64,000 bases of DNA from positions 224,001-288,000 of the forward strand of contig CAVSGG010000005.1 in assembly GCA_963727455.1 (NCBI GenBank), in the 5' to 3' direction. Positions 39,693-50,822 of the stretch are shown here, in pieces. A program made the translations under genes and the position numbers. The DNA is from Candidatus Krumholzibacteriota bacterium. GTDB taxonomy: Bacteria > Krumholzibacteriota > Krumholzibacteriia > JAJRXK01. The notes beneath the pieces are model-generated. The model saw only the letters and a list, made by a program, of their open reading frames with translations, did no database searches and was not told the DNA's origin. How positions within the stretch are numbered: position 1 is the stretch's first letter; every line of letters starts with the position of its first letter.

Positions 39693-41825
39693 GTGCGCGC
39701 TTCACTTTGGCTTGTGACATGCTGCTGCTGTTTGCTCGCGTTCTCCTCCCGTTCACTGGCGCGGGCCGGGGATTTTCGAATCCACCATCACGATCTGGAT
39801 GCAAAACTTACGATCGAGACTCACGGGCTCGATGTCTCCGACCGCGTGACGGTAGAGCGAAGTGGGGAGACCTCGGCTCCCTTGCACTTTCTGCTCAATC
39901 GCGGTCTGAGCCTGAGCCGCGTCCGGCTCGACGGCCACGATCTGCAGTGGTCGGTGACGGACGGCTTCCAGCCACGCGACTTCTGGAACCGGCCGCCCTA
40001 TGATCGCCTGGAAGATTACGAGATCGCGCGGGAATGGACCGTGTCAGCGCCGGCGGGGGGGTGGCCCTCGCAATTCTCCTTGGAGCTCGCATACTCGGGG
40101 GCCGTGTTCGACAGCCTGCACGCTCCCAAGGTGGCCTACCAACGCTCCTTCGATACCACCACAGGGCTCATTGCCCAGAAGGGAGCTTTCCTCTCCGGTG
40201 CCACGCAATGGCTGCCCTGGTGCGGCGAGGGCACTTTCAGCTACGACTTGCTTACGAACACGCCCGACGGCTGGGAGAGCGTCAGCCAGGGCCGGCGAGT
40301 GGAACGGCGGGTCGATGCGGAGGGCAGAGTGAGCACCAAGTGGGTCGAAGAGCATCCCATGACGGAAGCCTATCTCGTGGCGGGTCCCTATCGAGTGCGG
40401 CAGGCCAAACATGGCGAGGTGAATCTCTTTACCTTCACCTACGAGAACACTCCCGAGTCATTGTGTCAGACCTATCTCGATGCGGCGGGCAAGTATCTCG
40501 ACCTCTACGATCAGATGCTGGGAGCTTATCCCTTCGCCAAGTTTGCTCTGGTAGAAAACTGGTGGCAGACCGGATTCGGCATGCCCTCATTCACGCTTCT
40601 GGGAGATCGGGTAATCCGCCTCCCGTTCATCGTGCACACCTCCTACGGCCACGAGATCCTGCACAACTGGTGGGGCAATGGGGTCTTCGTGGATTACGAG
40701 GAGGGAAATTGGTGCGAGGGACTCACCACCTACCTCGCGGACCATCTCTACAAGTCGCAGGAGAGCCCGCAGGCGGCCATCGACTACCGGCGCGCACAAC
40801 TCCAGGCATACCTCGACTACGCGGTTTCGGGAGCCAGAGATTTTGCTCTGCGCGAATTCACCGAGCGTGAGAGCGCCAGCACGCAGGCGGTGGGCTACGG
40901 CAAGACCATGATGGTCTTTCACATGGCACAACTCCGGGCCGGTGACGACGCCTTCTTCGGGGCGCTGCGACGGTTTTATCAGAAGTTTCTGTTCCGGGAG
41001 GCGAGCTGGGACGACCTGGTCGCCTGTTTTGCCCAGGGAAGCCAGTTGGAGTGGCGGAATTGGTTCGAGCAATGGATCGGTCGTCCCGGCGCGCTTCAAC
41101 TCTCCGCGGCGCTGAAGGACAATCCAGGTGCGTCTCCGCAGCTCGTCTTGCGTCAGGAAGAACCGTACTTCGATGTGGAAGTGCCGGTACGCGTGGAGAA
41201 CGCGGAGGGCAGCAGGATGCACTCGGTCCAGTTGAGCGGCGCATCGGCGACGCTGTCCTTGGATCCCACGGCCCGGGTCATCGAGGTCGATCCAGACTGC
41301 GATCTCTTCCGACGCCTGAAGCGCGCGGAAATCCCTCCAGCCCTGAGTCAGACTCTCGGAGCGGAGCAAAGCGTGGTCGTGATCGGAAGCGATACGGACC
41401 CCCGGATGGCACAGGCACTGCGCAGTTTGGCGGAGGATTGGGCCAAGAACCAGGACATGACGGTGGTGAACGAGGACCAGTTCGAGGACGATGCGCAGCG
41501 TAGTGTTTGGCTCCTGGGCAGGGGAGCCCTGGCACGCAAGATCCTCGCAGAGTGGCGCGCCTACGGGGATCAGCCACAAGAGCTCTGGCAAGAGGCGAAG
41601 GGCTCGGGCAAGAGCTTGGTTCTGACTCTGCGCGACCCGCAGGACGAGTCGCGGTCCTGGTCGCTCCTGCTGGCAGCCGATCCCGAACTGGTGGCGGCAG
41701 TTGGGGCGAAGCTGACGCACTACGGACGCTACAGCTATTTGGAGTTCGAAGGGGAGAAGAACGTCAAGAAGGGCAGCTTCACGGTCGAGACCTCGCCGCT
41801 GCGTCTGGTCAGGGAGGCAAGATGA
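39693..41825 (+). CDS. Secreted M1-family aminopeptidase
   Basis: Signal peptide; GFGMPS, HEILHNWWGN...NWCEG zinc motif, VGYGK. Confidence 0.9.
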   Translation: MRASLWLVTCCCCLLAFSSRSLARAGDFRIHHHDLDAKLTIETHGLDVSDRVTVERSGETSAPLHFLLNRGLSLSRVRLDGHDLQWSVTDGFQPRDFWNRPPYDRLEDYEIAREWTVSAPAGGWPSQFSLELAYSGAVFDSLHAPKVAYQRSFDTTTGLIAQKGAFLSGATQWLPWCGEGTFSYDLLTNTPDGWESVSQGRRVERRVDAEGRVSTKWVEEHPMTEAYLVAGPYRVRQAKHGEVNLFTFTYENTPESLCQTYLDAAGKYLDLYDQMLGAYPFAKFALVENWWQTGFGMPSFTLLGDRVIRLPFIVHTSYGHEILHNWWGNGVFVDYEEGNWCEGLTTYLADHLYKSQESPQAAIDYRRAQLQAYLDYAVSGARDFALREFTERESASTQAVGYGKTMMVFHMAQLRAGDDAFFGALRRFYQKFLFREASWDDLVACFAQGSQLEWRNWFEQWIGRPGALQLSAALKDNPGASPQLVLRQEEPYFDVEVPVRVENAEGSRMHSVQLSGASATLSLDPTARVIEVDPDCDLFRRLKRAEIPPALSQTLGAEQSVVVIGSDTDPRMAQALRSLAEDWAKNQDMTVVNEDQFEDDAQRSVWLLGRGALARKILAEWRAYGDQPQELWQEAKGSGKSLVLTLRDPQDESRSWSLLLAADPELVAAVGAKLTHYGRYSYLEFEGEKNVKKGSFTVETSPLRLVREAR

Positions 41826-43083
41826 TGCACACTCGCTCGCAAGCGGAACTCGGGTTCCGAAGCCCTCACGCAGGACCTTTGCTCTCGATGCTCAGCTTCG
41901 TTCTGCTGGCTCTCTGTTTCACGCCTCGGTCCGGGCGCTGCCAGGATACAGGGAAGCCCGAGCAGGGTAGCATTGGCAAAGACCTCAGCACGCTGTGTTC
42001 GGATCGCTTCGCAGGCCGGAACTTGGGTAGCCAGGGACTGATCATGGCCGCGGAATATCTCGAGGGTCGCATGAAAGAGCTGGGAATCGAGCCCGCTCTG
42101 GACTCGGGTTACCGGCAGCAATTCGCGGCTTCGGACTCCACGATAGGCGTCAATCTGGTGGGTCGAATCGGATCCCGAGGAAGTGCCCATCACGTCATCC
42201 TCGGGGCCCACTATGATCATCTCGGAGTCGATGACGAGGGGGAGATCTATCACGGGGCGGACGACAATGCCTCGGGAGTATGCGCCGTCCTGGAAGCGGC
42301 CCGTCGCCTGAGGGCCGATCCCCCCGCGGAGAGATCCTGGTGATTTTGTTTTCGGGCGAGGAGGAGGGACTCCTCGGGAGTCGCTACTACGCTGCCCATC
42401 CAGCGCTCCCCTTGGGGGAATGCACCGCGATGGTGAATCTGGACACGGTGGGAAGGTTGAGTAGCGGAGGACTCACCATCTTCGGCGCGAACACGGCGAG
42501 GGAGTGGAGCTCGATCCTGCGCGGCGTGGACTATGGATTTCACCTGAATCCAAAGATGCCGGAAGATGATCCCGGAGGAAGCGACCAGGTTTCGTTCGTG
42601 AACAAGGGCGTTCCCGCGATTCAGATCTTCACCGGAGCAAATGCCGACTATCACCGCACCAGCGACACCGTGGACAAAATCGACCGCGAGGGTATCTCCA
42701 CCCTCGGGGCATTCTGTAGCGAACTCGTACTTTTCCTCGCCGACGAATCGAAGGGTCTCAGCTTTCTTCCTCCTGGCAGCGAGCACGCGCCGGCGCCACC
42801 GGCAAGCGGCCAACGGCGGCGCGTCAGCGTGGGTACCATCCCCGATTTCAATCACAGCGGCGGCGGAGTTCTCATTGCCGGAGTCATTCCCGGATCACCG
42901 GCGGAGCAGGCGGGAATGAAGAAGGGCGATCTTCTCGTTGAGGTCGCGGGAACCCCGGTAGACGATCTTGCACAGTATGCCGCCGTTCTGAAGGAGCACG
43001 CGCCGGGAGACGAGATTCCTCTCATCTTCATGCGTGATTCAAGGCGCATGACGGTACATGTCACTCTCGCGGAGCGACACTAG
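41822..43083 (+). CDS. M28 peptidase with C-terminal PDZ domain; one frameshift near the C-run at 42320-42325
   Basis: GAHYDH and GADDNASG in one frame; FSGEEEGLLGS, NLDTVG, SDQ, YH and PDZ (GSPAEQAG) in another. Confidence 0.85.
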
Positions 43084-43097
43084 GCCGCAGTGGGCCA

Positions 43098-45767
43098 CTA
43101 CTTAGCGATGACAGTGACCAATGGACCCTCTTTGAGGTAGTCCCTTGCCGCGGCCCGTACCTCCGTTGGAGTCACTGCACGCAGTCCCTGCGCTTCCCGG
43201 GCTGAGTAGTCGATGGAGCCCTGCAGGTAATCGTCTCTGCAGAGGGCGAAGGCCTGGCCCATGCTCGTCATGCTGCGCATGCGCAGTCGGCCCAGGCGCG
43301 AGTTCACCGCGGTCTCGATCTCCTCTTCGCTCACCTCCAACGACTTCACGAAGATGTAGTCCTTCATGGCGCCCTCGGCCTCTTCCAGGTTCTTCGCTTG
43401 GGTCCCCATCGAGGCGGTGATGGCCGCGCCAGCTCCCAAGAATTGGATCCCCATCCCCAAGCTATACGCGAGGCCTCGTGTTTCTCTGAGATCCTGTTGC
43501 ATGCGGCCGCTAAGCACCATCACCGCGACCTCCAGAGCCCAGCGGTCCGCGGGATCGACCTTCACCACTCTACCCATGCGAATCGTGGATTGTGCGCCTC
43601 CCACATCGAGGACTTCTCGGCTCGACTCTTTGGTGTAGGGCGGCTGCACGAAGCCACTCGCACCCGGTTTTTCCTTCGTCGGCTTGGTATGAAATGCGGT
43701 GCAAATTCTCTCCAGTGCAGTCTGGTAGGGGACGTCCCCCACGATGGCGAGCACGAGGTGCTCGGGAGCCAGATATTTCGGGGCGAAAGCGTTGATCTCC
43801 TTCAAGGTGATGGACTGCAGGGTCGCAATGGAGGGCAGAACCGGATCCGCCAGTGGGTGATCCGGGAAGAGGAGTTGATTCAGCCGAACCGCAGACAGTG
43901 AGCGGGAGGAGTTTGCCTGCCGTCCGATCACGCCGCTGAGCTGCGTCTTCACATCTGCGAGCTCCGATTCGTCATCGAACGAACGGGTACACATGGTGGC
44001 CATGAGATCTATCGCGTTACGGTAGAATTCGTCAGTCACGGAGAGACGCACGAAGGAATAGAGCGGGGTCGTGTAGTAGTCGTCGAAGGGAATCCACGGA
44101 TTGTCGGCGACTTTCAATTCCGCTCCGATGCGGTCCTGAATGGGGGAGTCTCCACCTGGAGGAAGTAGACGATGCAGCACGTCCGCAATGCCGTGCCTGT
44201 CAGCGGGCTCGCGTGCGCTTCGGTTCTTGACCAGAAGATGAAGCGCAACCATGCGGGTGCTCGTCGAAGCGGAGTGGATGAGGGTCATGCCATTGGCCAG
44301 CAGAGTGACCCTGGCAGCCTCGTCGTCCTCTAGAGCTGGGGGTAGCTGACGCGGCGGAGGACCCTTCAGCTTCTCGCTCATGGCGAGCAACGGGACTGTG
44401 TATTCCTCATTCGCAGCCAGAGCCGAGGCGTCCTTCAAGTGCGGGACCGCGGGTCCGGCAGCACAATATGCCAGTCCGATCCGCGGAAGGAGTTGCTTCG
44501 TGTAGGCGACCAGATCCTCCAGCGTCACATTCTCGAGCGCTTCGAGATATGAGTTCAAAAAGTTCTCGTCCATGGACCAGAGCCGGTCCCCGTGAAAGAG
44601 AGCGTAGTAGTGGAGTTGTTCGAGCTGGGAGATCTCGGTGGACAGGAGGCGGGTTCGCGCTGCTTCCAACTCCGTCGTTTCCTGGCGGTCGAGAGTGGAC
44701 CATGCGCTCGTCATGCGTTGAAAAACCCGGGCGAGAGCCGAGGCATCGGCGAAGCGCGTTTCCAGTTGCAGCATCATCTTTCCGCCGATCCATTGAAGAC
44801 TGGCGTTGCTGCTCTCCACTTCGAGCGTGGGTGCCAACGCGAGCACCCGGCTGAGCCGGTTTTGCTCCCCCCCACCGAGTACTTCCACCAGAAGCGCCAG
44901 CATCGCGTGTTCTTTTGCGCTCTTGGCGTCTACCACCGCGGTCGCGCGGGCGGTGACCGATGGCGCTTCGACCTTCGCCGTAGCCACGGTCGCGGGACCG
45001 TCGCTCGTCAACTCGATCCCTGGAGCCGGAATGCAGGACTTTTCCTCGCCAGCCGAGGTCGCAAAGTACTTGCCGATGAGCGAAAGAGCTTCCTCGGGAT
45101 CGAAATCTCCCATGAGAATCAGGCGCATGTTTGAAGGAACATACTGACGGTGGTAGTACTCGAGCACCGCATCGCGGGGAAGGGCCGCGATCGTGGCCGG
45201 CGTACCCAATACGGGACGCTGAAAGGGCGGGTCACCATGATGCAGCAGGGAATCGAGCGTGGTGGAAATTCGGTCATCCGGATTGTCCTGATCCTTGGCG
45301 ATTTCTTCGATGACGATTCCACGCTCCTTCTCGAATTTATCGGGCGGCAGCGTGGAGTGCAGCAGCATGTCCGATTGCAAATCGAGCGCCTGGGAGAGTT
45401 TCTCCTTGGGGGCTACCATCATGAAGTGGGTGTACTCGCGGCGTGTCGTCGCATTGTTGTAGGCACCGATGCGATCCCCGAAGGCGTAAATCTCTTCCTG
45501 AGTGCGCTTGGTCGTTCCGTTGAACAGCAGATGCTCGAGAAAGTGGGAAGAACCCGCGTAGCGATCCTCTTCGCGACTGGCACCCGCTCCCACGAAGACG
45601 TTCGAGGCGATGAGACCGCTGCCCGGTCTGGGTATGAGAATGATCCGCAGCCCGTCAGGTAGGGTGGCTGCTTTCAACGGGATCGCCTGCGCGACCGGAA
45701 TTTGCCAGAGAAGAGAGAGAAAGAGGATGAGAATCGGGATTCGAGCGAGGGAAGGCCGCCGCCGCAT
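43098..45767 (-). CDS. Secreted M16 (insulinase/pitrilysin) zinc protease
   Basis: Signal peptide; inverted zinc motif HFLEH, NATT, ERGIVIEE, LRETRGLAY. Confidence 0.92.
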   Translation of the reverse strand: MRRRPSLARIPILILFLSLLWQIPVAQAIPLKAATLPDGLRIILIPRPGSGLIASNVFVGAGASREEDRYAGSSHFLEHLLFNGTTKRTQEEIYAFGDRIGAYNNATTRREYTHFMMVAPKEKLSQALDLQSDMLLHSTLPPDKFEKERGIVIEEIAKDQDNPDDRISTTLDSLLHHGDPPFQRPVLGTPATIAALPRDAVLEYYHRQYVPSNMRLILMGDFDPEEALSLIGKYFATSAGEEKSCIPAPGIELTSDGPATVATAKVEAPSVTARATAVVDAKSAKEHAMLALLVEVLGGGEQNRLSRVLALAPTLEVESSNASLQWIGGKMMLQLETRFADASALARVFQRMTSAWSTLDRQETTELEAARTRLLSTEISQLEQLHYYALFHGDRLWSMDENFLNSYLEALENVTLEDLVAYTKQLLPRIGLAYCAAGPAVPHLKDASALAANEEYTVPLLAMSEKLKGPPPRQLPPALEDDEAARVTLLANGMTLIHSASTSTRMVALHLLVKNRSAREPADRHGIADVLHRLLPPGGDSPIQDRIGAELKVADNPWIPFDDYYTTPLYSFVRLSVTDEFYRNAIDLMATMCTRSFDDESELADVKTQLSGVIGRQANSSRSLSAVRLNQLLFPDHPLADPVLPSIATLQSITLKEINAFAPKYLAPEHLVLAIVGDVPYQTALERICTAFHTKPTKEKPGASGFVQPPYTKESSREVLDVGGAQSTIRMGRVVKVDPADRWALEVAVMVLSGRMQQDLRETRGLAYSLGMGIQFLGAGAAITASMGTQAKNLEEAEGAMKDYIFVKSLEVSEEEIETAVNSRLGRLRMRSMTSMGQAFALCRDDYLQGSIDYSAREAQGLRAVTPTEVRAAARDYLKEGPLVTVIAK

Positions 45768-45884
45768 GCTGTTCTCCGTGGAAGAGGGAAAAACGGACGA
45801 ATTCAGCACATTATCGAGCAGCCCGGGATCGCTTCCAAGGGATTTGTTGGCGGCGGTTCTTGGGAGCCGCGCGAAGGACGCCGC

Positions 45885-48611
45885 TCAAGGAGTGGGCTTT
45901 CCCACTGGCGCTGCGGCCTCGGGTTCGAGCTCGATCCGCAGTTCGACGGCTTCGCCGCCGGCCTGAATCCTCAGTTCACGAGGAGCGCCCTGCGCGAACT
46001 CCAGTCCACGCGCCTTCAACCACTTTTGCGGGACGAGCACTCGGTAATTTCCGGGGGCGACTCCCATGAGATAAAATTCGCCATCGTGAAAGCTGCGCGT
46101 CTCATAACTCCTGTGCCCATCGATCTGTTCCAGTCGCACGGGAACGGAGCCTGCGGGATGGAGAGCTTCGCCGTCACGGGTGAGAGTGGTGCCATTCAAC
46201 TCCACCCCGAGTACCAGAGGAAGGTCTACCGTCCGGTAGCCATTGGGTGAAATCGTGGCGGCTGCCTGTTCGAAGACGGGAATCCACAGTGGATTCTTCA
46301 GTGAAGATTTCTGCACCTCGATCTTCGTTGCTTCGAAGGGCAATAGATTCCACACGGAGTAGCGTCCGTAGTCGTCGGTCGTCACCGTCTCGTTTCCCAC
46401 TAACAGCTTAACCTCGGGCAGACCCGATTCCCCTTGGTCCAATATCCCGTCTCCGTTGCGATCGAGGAACACCGTTCCGCTGATGCCACCCTGACCGATG
46501 GTCTTGAAGGGGAAGCCCTGAATGCGATTGCTGCTCGGATTGTAGATCATCGATCCTTCGGCGTGCGTTGCTGCATTGGTGCTGCCATCGGGGTCACGCC
46601 TGAATTGTGTGCTGGTGTAGGCTTGTCCGCCGGTGGCGGTAACACCGATGGTCAAGAAGGGTTGGTTCTGCGAGCGAAGCCAGGTCCCACCCAGCTCCAC
46701 TCTGGCAGATCGCCCGATGCGGCGCGCCACGAGCGCCTGGAACCAATCCGAGTTCGTCACGTCGGTGTCCAGTTCACCCTGAAAACGCAGTTGGAGCCCG
46801 TGCAAGAGGGCGATACGACGCGTGTTGAGGATCTTCGAGGCCTGAAAACTGAGGCTGTTACCACGACGGGTCGTGAGAGGATCACTGTCCCATTCCTCGT
46901 TCCATTGCAGGCCGGCCCGAATGCCCGAGAGTAGAACGGTCGCACCCCAGCTCGCGCGCCAATTCAAGAGCTCATCGTAACGGTGGCGTTGTCCGTCGAA
47001 GGTCAAAAAGAAGCTGCGTTGCCGGTGGAAGGGACGATAGAAAATCGAAGCTACGCTTCGCTCTCGCTCCGAAGGAGAAGAGAGAAGGGGAGAGGGGAAC
47101 TCGCGATCTTGGAGACCCCCTTCGCTCGAGAGGAGATCGAAGCGAGTGTGCTCGGCAGACAGGTGCAGATCTCCGTTCGGTTCGACGCTGGCCACTCCTC
47201 GCCACCAAGCGTGGGCGACTCTTTCGCTGAAGAGGTGGAGCGAATTGAGCGGAGATGCGCTCAGGGAGAGATAGGGATGGTGTTCTTGCCGCGAGTTAGC
47301 CAGACGATAGCCTTCATAGCCGCCGCGAACCGTGTAGCGGTCGTCGATTCCGTAGCGCAGGTCGAGGGTGAGCATGTCTCCATGACTCTCGTCCTCCAAG
47401 TGTCCGGCGCTGAGGCCGTACTCGAAGTGATGAGCGGGCAAACGATCGAAATCGACTCGCACCGCCCGCCGTGTGATTTGGAGCTCCCCGTGCGGTCCGT
47501 AGGCTCTGATCTCCACTGGATTTTGCCCGTAATCCAGGGGGACCACGAACTCCCAACGGCCGCGCTCGTCGACCCGGTCCCAGGCCAAGAGACGGCCATC
47601 TCGATAGACCTCTACCTCCCAACCGGGGTCGAGTTTGCCCCTCAGGACCACGCGGCCAAAATCACTGCTGCGCAGGAACGGCGAGTTTCCCAGGCTGAGT
47701 CCGGTGATGGCTCGCGGTCGTGGGCCGCCGCTCAGGGTGCGCCCCACGGAGAGTTGTCGCAGCCAATTCTGCCGCGGCCAGACTCCCTGCCAGCGGGCGT
47801 CGAGCCTGTCCGGTCCGTTTCCGTCGAAGCGTCCCCGGTAGCGAAAGTCCAGTCCACCGCCCAGGGCGCTTCCGCCAAAGCTCGTGCTGTAACTAGTCAG
47901 TTCGGGACGATCGAGACTGGGCGCGCTAAGGTCCCAATCCAGGGTGGCTCCCGACCAGGCCTCGAGTTTGGGTCCGAGCACGAAGTCGGGTTGGACCGCT
48001 TTTGCGGCTTCCAGACGGCGCAGGCGCTGTCGACGCAGACGCCGCCCCAGAGGGAGCTCGTCGATGGGATCGAAGGTGACCGTCATCTCTCCCAGATCCT
48101 CGTAGACCTGAGTATCCAGCAGCCAGGCCAGGACCGCGGTGGAGGCGTAGAGCTCTCCCTCGTGCACGAAAAGTTCGTGCGGGCGGAGCTGGCGCCAAGC
48201 GGTATCGCGCTGTGCTCGCCCCTGTAGTGGATCGAGACTCAATCTCCGGTGTCCCGGTTCCAGGTGGGCCACCAGCTGGAAGCTGCTGTCGACCACAGCG
48301 TCGAATTCCACCAGCCGGCACAGGGCGAGCGCCGGAACCCAGACGCGCCCCTTCTTCAGATACGCGGGCTGCGTATCGCGCATTTCCTGTCCAGCGCGCA
48401 GCTCGACGATGATCTCCTGGAAGTCGAGCGAATCCGGGTGGGCAAGCACGATGCTCTGAGGCGCCTTCCCGCCGTCCGGGGAGGGATTTCCTGACTCCGC
48501 CGCCGCGGGATGCGTCGGTACGAGTGCGCGGACCACCAGCAGAAGCACGAAGACGAGAAGCCTCGCTTCTCGCTCCCGAACCTCCCTCATGCACTCCGTG
48601 CTTCGCTTCAT
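45885..48611 (-). CDS. Fimbrial usher-like outer-membrane protein
   Basis: Signal region; beta-barrel strands; plug-like WEVEVYRDGRL...YGQNPVEIRAYGPHGE; C-terminal GTVFLDRNGDG Ig/Cna-B-like domains. Confidence 0.78.
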   Translation of the reverse strand: MKRSTECMREVREREARLLVFVLLLVVRALVPTHPAAAESGNPSPDGGKAPQSIVLAHPDSLDFQEIIVELRAGQEMRDTQPAYLKKGRVWVPALALCRLVEFDAVVDSSFQLVAHLEPGHRRLSLDPLQGRAQRDTAWRQLRPHELFVHEGELYASTAVLAWLLDTQVYEDLGEMTVTFDPIDELPLGRRLRRQRLRRLEAAKAVQPDFVLGPKLEAWSGATLDWDLSAPSLDRPELTSYSTSFGGSALGGGLDFRYRGRFDGNGPDRLDARWQGVWPRQNWLRQLSVGRTLSGGPRPRAITGLSLGNSPFLRSSDFGRVVLRGKLDPGWEVEVYRDGRLLAWDRVDERGRWEFVVPLDYGQNPVEIRAYGPHGELQITRRAVRVDFDRLPAHHFEYGLSAGHLEDESHGDMLTLDLRYGIDDRYTVRGGYEGYRLANSRQEHHPYLSLSASPLNSLHLFSERVAHAWWRGVASVEPNGDLHLSAEHTRFDLLSSEGGLQDREFPSPLLSSPSERERSVASIFYRPFHRQRSFFLTFDGQRHRYDELLNWRASWGATVLLSGIRAGLQWNEEWDSDPLTTRRGNSLSFQASKILNTRRIALLHGLQLRFQGELDTDVTNSDWFQALVARRIGRSARVELGGTWLRSQNQPFLTIGVTATGGQAYTSTQFRRDPDGSTNAATHAEGSMIYNPSSNRIQGFPFKTIGQGGISGTVFLDRNGDGILDQGESGLPEVKLLVGNETVTTDDYGRYSVWNLLPFEATKIEVQKSSLKNPLWIPVFEQAAATISPNGYRTVDLPLVLGVELNGTTLTRDGEALHPAGSVPVRLEQIDGHRSYETRSFHDGEFYLMGVAPGNYRVLVPQKWLKARGLEFAQGAPRELRIQAGGEAVELRIELEPEAAAPVGKPTP

Positions 48612-48646
48612 GACGCTGGCTTCGCCTCGCTCATTCCTTCGCTACC

Positions 48647-49571
48647 TCATCCGCCGGACTCGAGCGGAGCATTTCTCTCGTAGACGAGGGCCATGCTCCG
48701 TACCACTGCGGGACAGGGGAGAATTCCCTCGGGCGGTAGGTCGGCGCGTTCGGTATCCAGTTGGAGCGAGATGGTGTAGCGACCGGGGAGGGGAGCTTTG
48801 TCTAGAGGAAGTTCCAGGCTTCCGCTGAAGATCCTCGTACACCGCCAGGGCGCGGTTCCAGCGCTGGACTTCTCGGCCACTTGCGTCGCTCAGGACCGCA
48901 TCGACTTGGCCCAGCCATGCGGCATTTCCAGTGCGATGCAGATCCAAGTCCAGATGAACCGCGGCGCTGTCCACTTGCGCGCGCATGTGCCTGAGGTCGA
49001 CGCCAGTATTCACTTTTCCCTTGCGGTAGTTCAGCGAGATGATAGTTCGGGTGGCCAGCGCCAGTCCCACCTGTACTCCCTCGCTGTGATCCAGTTTGCG
49101 TGGCTCGGCCGCCTTCTCAGAACTCACGATGACGCGGCTCCAGTACTCTCCGTCGGGGAGCCCTGCCGGGGGACGTGCCAGCAGACGGATCGCTTGTCTC
49201 TGCCGCGGCTGCAGAACCATTCGTCTCGGTAGGGCCTTCACCCAGGTGGCACAGGAAGGTTCTCCGAGCTTCGGGTTGGTCTTCCAGAAACACCTTGATT
49301 CCTCCTTTGCCATCGCCGCGCGGATAGCCGTAACTGAGCTTTATCTCGACTTCCACTGGGTGGTCGTCGGGGTTGTGCACGTAGAGCACGGTGGAACGTT
49401 CTCGGTGATCGATGAAGAGGGCATGAGGCGCCACGAGTACCGCGAGGGATCGACGGGAAGGAGCGAGCAGAGGAGGACATGGCGAAGAGCGTAAGCGTGG
49501 AGCAAATGGCGGAAGTTACTGCGGCTGCGATTCACGATGATCCTGCTGAGGAATGTTCGGATTGCTTGCAT
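48647..49571 (-). CDS. PapD-like periplasmic pilus chaperone, at least 3 frameshifts
   Basis: Pieces in successive frames: VAPHALFID...VHNP; W...PRRMVLQPRQRQAIRL...LPDGEYWSR; RTGNAAW; PGRYTISL. Confidence 0.75.
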
Positions 49572-49591
49572 GGCGTCCCCCCAGGGATGCG

Positions 49592-50113
49592 TCAATTTCC
49601 GGTGTAGATCACGTCGAGAACGATATTCGCGATGTAATCGCCGGGTTGCTGATTTGGTGGTGGATCGACCGTCCCACCAATCCATACGTTCAAGATGCCC
49701 GCTGTTGGGATCGAGGCGCGTCGTGATCCCCGCGATGGGATCGAAATTGGTGGCCCCGGCTGGTCTCGGTTCTTGGTGTTGTAAGCCGCGTCACTTCCCG
49801 AAAAAGAAATCGGCATCGAGTTGCCGCCATTCTGTAGAGAACCGGGAAGATTGGTGAAATCGAGATAGACCTCTGCTCCTGGCTCGCCCTGGATGAACCA
49901 TCGCCCCGCCGTATTGGAGGACCACATCACTGTGCTGGGAATTCCGGCGATGACGGTTCCAAAACGCAGATCGCCCCGATCACGGACCCGGATCGGGCCG
50001 TTCCCTCGGTTTCCCCCCGGAGCGAGTTGGGGGAGGTCGGCATGCGCGACCTCCCCATGAAGCGAGAGGACGCCGAGGAACAGGATGAAACCCACCACGG
50101 CGCGTCGATGCAT
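49592..50113 (-). CDS. DUF4402-family pilin (minor)
   Basis: Signal peptide; DLRFGTVIAG, GEPGAEV, VWIGGTV, QQPGDY, terminal VIYTGN. Confidence 0.78.
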   Translation of the reverse strand: MHRRAVVGFILFLGVLSLHGEVAHADLPQLAPGGNRGNGPIRVRDRGDLRFGTVIAGIPSTVMWSSNTAGRWFIQGEPGAEVYLDFTNLPGSLQNGGNSMPISFSGSDAAYNTKNRDQPGPPISIPSRGSRRASIPTAGILNVWIGGTVDPPPNQQPGDYIANIVLDVIYTGN

Positions 50114-50117
50114 GGAA

Positions 50118-50618
50118 TTAGTTTCCCGTGTACACCACATCGAGACTGACGGTGGCGGTGTAGACTCCGGCCGCCTGGTTGGCCGCCGGGGCTACGGTTC
50201 CACCCAGCCACACGAATCCTTCGCCGGTCCCACTGAGGAACTCGGTGTCTCCGGCTGGAGGGATCGAAGGGCACGGCACTGCCGACGACGTCCGATCGAA
50301 CCAACCCGCGTCAGTGGCGGAGAAACTGATGGGCATGTTGTTGCCGCCGAAGCTCAAGTTTGCGGGCAGGGAGAAGGACATCTGCACTTCCTTCCCCGCC
50401 TCTCCGTCGATGCGCCATTTGCCGGAAGTCGCGTCCGTCAGGGCAACGGACTTGTTCAAGCCCGGGAATACGTCTCCGAAGTCGAGATCGCGCAGGCCGT
50501 TCGTGACACTCAGCGGAGTGAGCACGTTGGCCGTGGCGTTGATGGTTCCCGAGACGGCGAAAGCCGAGACGGGCAGGATCAGGGCCACTACGATGGCCGC
50601 GGCAAGAATCCTCTTCAT
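50118..50618 (-). CDS. DUF4402-family pilin (probable major subunit)
   Basis: Signal peptide, GTINATANVLTPLSV, DLDFGDV, VWLGGTV, QAAGVY, terminal VVYTGN; strong AAGGAG RBS. Confidence 0.82.
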   Translation of the reverse strand: MKRILAAAIVVALILPVSAFAVSGTINATANVLTPLSVTNGLRDLDFGDVFPGLNKSVALTDATSGKWRIDGEAGKEVQMSFSLPANLSFGGNNMPISFSATDAGWFDRTSSAVPCPSIPPAGDTEFLSGTGEGFVWLGGTVAPAANQAAGVYTATVSLDVVYTGN

Positions 50619-50822
50619 CTTTCAGGTCTCCTTACAACAAAGCGAAGAGTGCCCACTGCGCGGGTACTCTCGCCTCGGATCTTTTGGATTGTGTGGTCTC
50701 CTGGTTTCCGGCGCTGACCGGTGTTTTCCAGGAAGACCCGCGATGTGGTACCCTTGATGGGTCCGCCGTGAAACCGCGCCGGGCGCTAGGCCAACAACGC
50801 ATTCCATTGCGAGACAATCCTT

